Virus record (IMG/VR): IMGVR_UViG_3300030370_000147
Coordinates: 1 to 55,854 of that record
Reading direction: 5' to 3' (one strand)
From: a virus
Lineage: Duplodnaviria; Caudoviricetes
Length of the DNA stretch: 55,854 bases
A program made the translations under genes and the position numbers. The notes under the pieces were generated by a model that was not told the DNA's origin, did not search any database, and saw only the letters and a program-made list of their open reading frames with translations. Shown piece by piece: positions 8,647 to 15,500 of the stretch; the stretch's first letter is position 1; every line of letters starts with the position of its first letter.

Positions 8647-10423
8647 AGAGAGGAAGAAAGACCTCCCTGCGGTCCTGTTCAGTGGGACATTTGAGTCACG
8701 ATCAGACGAGAGTATACAGGACCACAATGGTCTTATCGTATTAGACTTTGATCACGTTGACGTAGAGGCGACGAAGTCTGCGCTTGCTATGGATGAGCAC
8801 ATCCAGGCATGCTGGATATCACCGTCAGGTGATGGCATAAAAGCCCTCACCAAAATAACAAACCCTGAGAGGCACCGCGATCACTTTCGTGCGCTGGTCA
8901 GGTACTTCGATGAGAGGTATGGCTTGGCTTTAGATGAGTCAGGCAAGAATGAAAGTCGGGCATGCTGGGAGAGCTATGACCCCGACATCATAATCAAGGG
9001 CAAGTGTGCCCCCTTTGGAAAGTTTGTAAGTGAGGAGGTAGCAAACGCCCCTCCTGCTGCACCGTCAGTCAGCACCACAGACTATACGAAACTGCAGATA
9101 GCTGTACGCATGATACAGAATGCTGCCGATGGTGAGAAGCACCATGTCTTAATCAAAGCAGCCACCCTCTGCGGAGGTTATGTGGCGGCAGGTAAGATCG
9201 AGGAGGACGAGGTTCACCGCATCCTATTGCGAGAGATCCTGAAGCGTAACATAAGCAGCGAAAAGAATGCCATCGATGCCATACAAGAGGGAGTAGAGTA
9301 TGGCAAGACGCGCCCCATCAGAGAGATCATTCAGGAAGAGGAGGAGCAAGTGCGACTCATGGAGGTCATGGATGGGGACATGTCATTCATCAGTAGTGAT
9401 GAAGATGACTACCACTGGATCGATGACTTCAGTGAGGGGCGTATTGAGCATGGCCTGGAGTCAGGCAATGAGACCTGGGATAAGTACTTCAGGTACAAGC
9501 GAGAGTTGACCATCATCAACGGGCATAGCAACGTAGGTAAGACCACCACTGCGCTGTACCTCATCGTGAACAGTGCAATTCGTCATGGCTGGAAGTGGTT
9601 AATCTACAGTGCTGAGAACAAGACTGCGTCCGTGAAGATGACGTTGATGCAGATGGCTGCTGATAAGCCCGTGTCCAGCATGACCTACAGCGAGAAGAAG
9701 AACAGCTACGATTGGGTCAAGAAGCATTTCTATATCGTCAGCAACACCAAGGTGTACAGCTACTTGGATATCCTCCTGTTTATGGAGAAGGTTCACCATT
9801 ACAATAAGATTGATGGTGTCTTTGTAGACCCATACAATAGCCTGCGCTTGGATCTTAGAAGATCGGAGATGCAGAACACCCACGACTATCACTACGAAGC
9901 GGCTACTGCATTCCTTACGTTCAGCACCAACAACAACATTGCGGTGTGGTTGAATATGCACGCAGTCACTGAAGCTCAACGTAGGAAAGGGGCTGATGGA
10001 TTGCCTAGCGCTCCTTATGCGGAGGACACAGAGGGCGGCGGTAAGTTTGTGAACAGGGCGGACTGCTTCCTGACCATTCACAGAAAGGTCCAGGCTCCTG
10101 ACCCGCACATTCGACAGCTGAGTGAGGTTCATGTGCGAAAAGTAAGAACGACTGAGACAGGAGGCAAGCCTACACCGCTGGCAGATCCTTTGACCTTGCT
10201 CATTAACAGTCGGCATACAGGATTTACTTCGTCTGGACTGAAGCCACTGGTTTCTAAGATCGACTTCAGCACTTTTGGTGAGCAGACCAAGATGTTAGAT
10301 AAAATGAATTGGGATATGTATCAATCGCCAATAGATAATAACGTCGATTTTCTTACTACATTGCCTGACAATGAGGAAGAAAGCAGGGGCTCGGAGGCCA
10401 AGTCGAAAGAAGAATCTAGGTAA
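8516..10423 (+). CDS. primase-helicase (BT4734/VirE-N-like primase domain + DnaB-like SF4 helicase)
   Basis: KKDLPAVLFSGTF, LDFDH, SPSGDGIK, YDPD in N-terminus; Walker A GHSNVGKT, VDPYN, KVR in C-terminus. Confidence 0.85.
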   Translation: MKVTIFKTIFETSDPKYRDLSVILNRIRDGASRMTVEAVRQGNKERKKDLPAVLFSGTFESRSDESIQDHNGLIVLDFDHVDVEATKSALAMDEHIQACWISPSGDGIKALTKITNPERHRDHFRALVRYFDERYGLALDESGKNESRACWESYDPDIIIKGKCAPFGKFVSEEVANAPPAAPSVSTTDYTKLQIAVRMIQNAADGEKHHVLIKAATLCGGYVAAGKIEEDEVHRILLREILKRNISSEKNAIDAIQEGVEYGKTRPIREIIQEEEEQVRLMEVMDGDMSFISSDEDDYHWIDDFSEGRIEHGLESGNETWDKYFRYKRELTIINGHSNVGKTTTALYLIVNSAIRHGWKWLIYSAENKTASVKMTLMQMAADKPVSSMTYSEKKNSYDWVKKHFYIVSNTKVYSYLDILLFMEKVHHYNKIDGVFVDPYNSLRLDLRRSEMQNTHDYHYEAATAFLTFSTNNNIAVWLNMHAVTEAQRRKGADGLPSAPYAEDTEGGGKFVNRADCFLTIHRKVQAPDPHIRQLSEVHVRKVRTTETGGKPTPLADPLTLLINSRHTGFTSSGLKPLVSKIDFSTFGEQTKMLDKMNWDMYQSPIDNNVDFLTTLPDNEEESRGSEAKSKEESR

Positions 10424-10823
10424 GTTTAAAAGTGGGATTGAGAAGTATTGCAATGATCAACTTCGCGCCGCTGGCCTAGCATTTGAGTACGAGGGCAAGG
10501 AGTATTTACTGGCAGAGAAGTTCAGATACCCTGGTAGATACCTGAAGATGACTGCTAAGCGCAAAGACCTTAGCGATCGCACTGACACTATACAGCTGCC
10601 TATAAGGTACACCCCTGACTTCGTTGCAAAGGATGAGAGCTGGGTCATCGAGACGAAAGGTTATGTGCATTCCCATCATGACTTCCCTATGCGATGGAAG
10701 CTTTTCCTGAAGCATCTTGTTGATAATAACAAGACGTGCGCAGTATATATTGCAAAGAATAAGTCGCAAATTGATAGTGTCATTGCAGATATAAAACGGA
10801 TGCAGGATGAAGGAACTGAGTGA
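10371..10823 (+). CDS. T7 endonuclease I-like Holliday junction resolvase
   Basis: FKSGIE, FEYE, YTPDF, IETKG motifs. Confidence 0.8.
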   Translation: MRKKAGARRPSRKKNLGKFKSGIEKYCNDQLRAAGLAFEYEGKEYLLAEKFRYPGRYLKMTAKRKDLSDRTDTIQLPIRYTPDFVAKDESWVIETKGYVHSHHDFPMRWKLFLKHLVDNNKTCAVYIAKNKSQIDSVIADIKRMQDEGTE

Positions 10824-11031
10824 GCTGTTTCGAGGGGCATGTGACAGGATTCATACAGCCACTACGGATTTGTATGAAGGCTTGCATGGGGATGACGGAC
10901 TCCCAATCACCGATAGGGAGGTGGTGGCCAGCAAGCTGACTGAGTGGAGGCAGTGGATTAATATTGAAGTGGATTTAGTTAGACAATCCATTCGAGAACA
11001 CGAGGAGTATTTTGGACAAAAACCTCAGTAG
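10807..11031 (+). CDS. hypothetical protein
   Basis: 74-aa ORF overlapping both neighbours. Confidence 0.6.
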   Translation: MKELSELFRGACDRIHTATTDLYEGLHGDDGLPITDREVVASKLTEWRQWINIEVDLVRQSIREHEEYFGQKPQ

Positions 11032-11533
11032 GATACGCAGTTGGCAGCGTGGTAATAACGCAGCGAAGAGGTACGAACGTGCCAACCCTGAAATACGAAA
11101 GTCATCACGGGGTGAAGACATCTTTATGCATGTTGATTATTGGCATGATGACTTGGGTGTGGACGTCAAAGGCAATAATCTGCCTGATGAAATTTGGGTG
11201 GAGTTTAAGAATGTCAATGGCAAGAAAGGCTGGCTGTTTGGTGAAGCCACTACGATTGCATTTGATATGCCAGAACTAGCAGGGTTTGTAGTCGTTGATC
11301 GTAAAGACCTGGCTGACTACTGCAAAGAGAACGTAGACTTTTCTGCCACTGTTCCGCGCAAAGACGCATACAAGAAGGTGTATCGACGTCATGGTAGGCA
11401 AGACATGATAACTAAGCTGTGCTTAGAGGATCTTCAAACCCTTGATAGTTATCGAGTCATGGGGTACTGTCAGACCTACACACATCCAGCAGAATATTAC
11501 ATTTGTAGTATTAGCAACGAGGACATACCTTAG
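11012..11533 (+). CDS. PD-(D/E)XK-family nuclease-like protein
   Basis: HVDYW, VDVKG, WVEFKNVNGKKGWL motifs; start codon uncertain (TTG). Confidence 0.65.
   Translation: MDKNLSRIRSWQRGNNAAKRYERANPEIRKSSRGEDIFMHVDYWHDDLGVDVKGNNLPDEIWVEFKNVNGKKGWLFGEATTIAFDMPELAGFVVVDRKDLADYCKENVDFSATVPRKDAYKKVYRRHGRQDMITKLCLEDLQTLDSYRVMGYCQTYTHPAEYYICSISNEDIP
11498..11505 (+). promoter_or_regulatory. -7 promoter box TACATTTG upstream of candidate ncRNA
   Basis: Exact TAnnTTTG match; predicted +1 near 11510. Confidence 0.55.
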
Positions 11534-11635
11534 TGTCGCCATCCAGCACACCCCTTGCCTGATCGGGGTGCGGATTATGGAGATCAGGTGATGTTAGTGG
11601 GAGGGAGCAGGCAGGGTCAAAGCCGCTCCCTCTTT
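11510..11635 (+). ncRNA. candidate pseudoknotted structured RNA of unknown class
   Basis: 5'/3' closing helix, two internal hairpins, 10-nt loop complementary to 11582-11591, terminal hairpin. Confidence 0.5.
11601..11635 (+). terminator. GC-rich hairpin terminator
   Basis: GAGGGAGC(A)GGC...GCCGCTCCCTC followed by TTT. Confidence 0.55.
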
Positions 11636-11710
11636 ACACATTATACAAAAGTTGATGCGTACATTGCTCCTCATGCGAGACAAGCGCATAGATTTGGTTG
11701 ACATTGCGAA

Positions 11711-11738
11711 GAAGAGGGGGGCAACGGCCTCCCTTTTC
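11711..11738. terminator. probable bidirectional terminator between convergent arms
   Basis: GAAGAGGGGGGC-AACG-GCCTCCCTTTTC stem with G-U pairs, at the point where the + and - gene blocks meet. Confidence 0.6.
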
Positions 11739-12045
11739 AATTGCAGTCCTTTTGCCTGAGCTCGTCCACGAGAATCTCTAGGTGTGCAATGCGCTTCTCA
11801 GCATGCGTCAGCCTTAAGTTCTGCTCCGCATCATCAGGTAGGCTGCCCATCTCTCCTCGTGGCCACTTCACCCTGAAGTCAGAGTTCAGTTCTATCTCCT
11901 GGTTGTGTCGCAACGTTTCAAGCTCCAGGTTATTCAGCGAAGACATGATGGTAAAGTATAAGGTGACTGCAGCACCTACGCCCAAGACAATTTGAATCAA
12001 CCACTTGATGTTGATCCCCATGCTGGTGTTGTCGTCGAGATTCAT
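11737..12045 (-). CDS. membrane-anchored coiled-coil protein (lysis accessory/spanin-like?)
   Basis: N-terminal TM segment then coiled coil; downstream of holin. Confidence 0.6.
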   Translation of the reverse strand: MNLDDNTSMGINIKWLIQIVLGVGAAVTLYFTIMSSLNNLELETLRHNQEIELNSDFRVKWPRGEMGSLPDDAEQNLRLTHAEKRIAHLEILVDELRQKDCN

Positions 12046-12065
12046 AATGTTAAGCGAATGTTATG

Positions 12066-12073
12066 TACCTTTG
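12066..12073 (+). promoter_or_regulatory. -7 promoter box TACCTTTG directed antisense into the holin 3' end
   Basis: Exact TAnnTTTG; ATG 4 nt downstream. Confidence 0.45.
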
Positions 12074-12077
12074 TGAG

Positions 12078-12131
12078 ATGATTGAATTTATTATCTGTGT
12101 ATTTGGCCTGGCGGTCATGGTCAACGCTTGA
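12078..12131 (+). CDS. candidate 17-aa hydrophobic leaderless micropeptide
   Basis: MIEFIICVFGLAVMVNA*; overlaps the holin stop codon. Confidence 0.35.
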   Translation: MIEFIICVFGLAVMVNA

Positions 12132-12549
12132 CTTTTTCTACTGTTCGCCCCGCGAAGTATGCTCCGAATACCGTGAGCATGAGAATCTCTAACAGGTTGA
12201 TGTAGTTTTCTGGCGGCATAAACGATGGATCAATGCCGTCCCATATAGTTAGAGTCATATAGAAAAGGGAAAGGGAAATAAGTGTAACGGGGCGGATCAG
12301 CTTCGCCAGCTTTACATCCGATTGCGCATCTGCCTTCCATCGCTCGGTGACATTCTCTTGAGCCTCTACCTCTGCGTCCATGACTGCCTGGAAGCTCTCG
12401 CTGTCCAGGGTAGGATCCTTGTCCACCAGATTCTTCACCACCCCCAGCACGCCTCGGTCGGGCAGTACATCGCCCACCACATCGAGGACAGAGGGGGCCT
12501 TTTCGCGTAGCCACTGACCAACCTTTGTTTCCTTTATTTTTTGTGGCAT
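12121..12549 (-). CDS. holin (3TM/GTA-holin-like)
   Basis: VTERWKAD..SD...K.IRP then two TM helices ending GAYFAGRTVEK. Confidence 0.8.
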   Translation of the reverse strand: MPQKIKETKVGQWLREKAPSVLDVVGDVLPDRGVLGVVKNLVDKDPTLDSESFQAVMDAEVEAQENVTERWKADAQSDVKLAKLIRPVTLISLSLFYMTLTIWDGIDPSFMPPENYINLLEILMLTVFGAYFAGRTVEKVKR

Positions 12550-15500
12550 CAGGGATCAGGCTTAAGGTATTGATCTGCATAACGAAGAAAGAGAATCATG
12601 AGTGTCTCAGTTCTAGCATCATGAGCAGCTAGTTCTTGATTGAGCTTGTAGTATTTATTGCGAGTACTGTCTGGAGAATTCCAAGTGTAGTCAAGCTCAT
12701 TAATCTGACGCTTAATGCCAGCACGTATTGTACCCATGCCTGTACGGTTCATACCACTCAGATCACGCTTCAGTGAAAATTCACCTCCACCCATCACCGA
12801 GTTGAGCTCTTGCTGTACCAAGCCTGCCATGATGTATGCTTCGTTACGATCGAATACGTCAGCGTCATCACTGAATACACGTCCGTCAACTGCATCCCTC
12901 GAAGGTTCCGTCATGCTCTCATACTTCTCCCAGTCTAGAAAGTCTGTAATCTGATTTCGCTGCGGGACCAGGCGCTCTAGTGTTTCGTAGTAGCGCTGTG
13001 CAATCTGATTGTTTGGAGCCTCCTCGTAGTAGTACCTAACAACAGGCGTGTTGTTAGCATTCAACAAGCGACTAGGTGTTTCTACGATCTGACGAATTAA
13101 TTCTGCACCGCCGCGAACCTCTTGCTCTTGATTAATATATAGGCTCTTCTCCTTGGCAGGGATATCACTCTCCTTAACATACTCACCAGTATGCATGTGT
13201 ATGTAGAACTGCTCAGCATTGATCTGCTCATTGACTGCATCCAGCTCAGCTTGCAAGGCCCCTTGCCCACTAGCAATGGTTTTTTTTGTGGAGTACCAGT
13301 TCCCTACACTGTTGAATGTCATATAGACTCCCCCCATGTATGACTGAATAGGATACCACAAGTAGTCAGGATTCATATCGACTCCTCCAGAGCGGTAGTC
13401 ATCACCCCCCGTCTTGACATTCAGCATCTGAAAAAACTCACGCACAGGCCTAGGGGCCATACGACTGCGCTCTGCGTTCGACATTTTACTGAGGTACTCT
13501 GGCTCGATAGGCATACCATTGTACATCTCGTTAGTCGCTAGGTCAACGATAGGTTGCAGGGAACTGGGTAGCACAACATCCAACATCTCTTTGGAAAGAT
13601 CAGGACTAGGTGACCGTGCTGCATCCTCAGCATAAGAGTGATCCGTAATCATCCAGGGGCTAAAGTTGTGCTTGATCCCTGTGACTATATCTCCACCTGC
13701 CTCCAACATGCTCTGCCTTCCGTTCATAGTCTCAACTAATTCACGGCCCATGTCAGTAAAGAACCCTACGGCATACGGCTTAGGGAACTTAAGCATCTCT
13801 CCATCAGTTCCAGGTAGCATAATAACGAAGTTGCGCTGAAGGGTGGTATGATCAAGCTGATCGTAGTAAGGAATCCCCGTCTCATCTACATCTCCGAAGA
13901 GCATGTTCCACTCCGTTAGGAATGCTCCAAACGCAACCCCTGCCGCTGTCATTTTCTGCATGATCTGCCTGCGGTTTTTGATTGGCTGACCATCCATATC
14001 CAGCTCAGGTTTCTTGGCTGTAACCATACGGGCAAAGTTGTCTAGTCCCTCTGCACTAGGATTAAAGAACCAGTACCACTGACCAAGTTGATCAGTCATA
14101 CTTCCCTTTCGATTAAAGTCTACGGAGAAGTCGCGACCAAATGCTGTAGCGTACTCCCTGCTTACCCCTTGATCTCGCAATGCCATATAGCTGGCAAACC
14201 TTACGCCATTCTCTGCCGTATTGTTCATGGCCTCAATCATCTTGAAGAAGTTGGCTCGATCGAAAGCGCTACGGGCTTTGTCGTACCTCTTCGAAGGGTC
14301 AGTCTCCCGATCTAGCTGCTGCTGGATCTTACGCATATCATCGAGGTGACCATAACCTGTGACAAGTCCGTCTTGCTTTGCCTCATTCCAATACTTGTGA
14401 TGCTTGCGCGATAGGTTTGGATCTTTTACACCTCTGAACAAACCAGTGGTATTGAACTCGTCTCTAGCTACAGCGTACATAGCCATAGGAATGTTCTTTG
14501 TGACGTCTGCTAAGACCGTCGAGCTGTTGAGCTGGTTGCCCTTAGCGTCAGTTAGTCCCCATCCAAACTGCTTTTGCGTGTTCACGTATGCGTTGTGATA
14601 GCCGAATACGATGTCCCTGACAGGAGCGTAGGTCACAAACAAAGGATTGTACGAGGTAAATGTCTTCCTAAACTTAGAAGTAAACTGAAAGAATGACTTA
14701 GTCATTCCCAACATAGAATTCGCTTCGCGTGGACTAGCGTTGGTTATTTCATCGACAAACCTGTGACCAGGGATAGTGACCATGTCCTCATCGCGTGCCC
14801 TTTCCACCCGATCAAACATCGGGCGGTTGCCCATTCTTCTAGATCTGGCATCCCTATACATCTGATAGCGATCACGGTTTGTCTTGGACACCTCCTTGTC
14901 TAAGAACATAATGTAATGTTCCTGGCCATCTTTAAAGCTGAGCAGCACATTAGGGGCAAGGTTACCCTTGACGTCGCGGATCGGACCGACAGGGTCATCC
15001 TTGAAGCCATACTGCATATGCTTTTCGTAGCTTTCTTTGGTGAAGGTGCGGTATGAGGAGTCAGGATATTCGTTGAAGAAATCCCAATAGCTCTGCATGA
15101 CTTTGTTCTTGGCAGCCAAGATGTAGTTACGTTCGTGCTGTTGCACCATGCGCCCGATTACGTCAGTGATCTGCCCCTCCCTACCCATGGACTCTCGGTA
15201 AGGATACCTTTCTGAAAACTGCTTAGGTACATTGGGGTAGGCTCCAGTGCTAACGGGTACACCGTCCGAATCAACCTCTGATCCATAGAGTTGGATGTAG
15301 TTTTTAAATCGGGCCTTGCCGTCAACATATGCTTGCTCACTGAGAAAGCCGCCCTCATACATGATCTCCCAATTGCTGTCAAAGTCTTTACGCAAAACTT
15401 TGTTGAGCTCCTCAAAAGAAGTAAGCAGCTCATCAGGCAGTGCCTTGAGGAACTGTGCTGCTGCTTCATCAGTAAGGCCACTACCTGACCGACTGTTGAT

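Noticed and set aside
11531-11701. Pseudoknot-stimulated read-through of the TAG at 11531 (frame stays open ~55 codons)
   Set aside because: The extension has no recognisable protein features and crosses a terminator hairpin; an independent RNA with its own promoter explains the structure better, though read-through is not formally excluded
11510-11740. tRNA gene
   Set aside because: No cloverleaf, T-loop GTTC signature or acceptor stem
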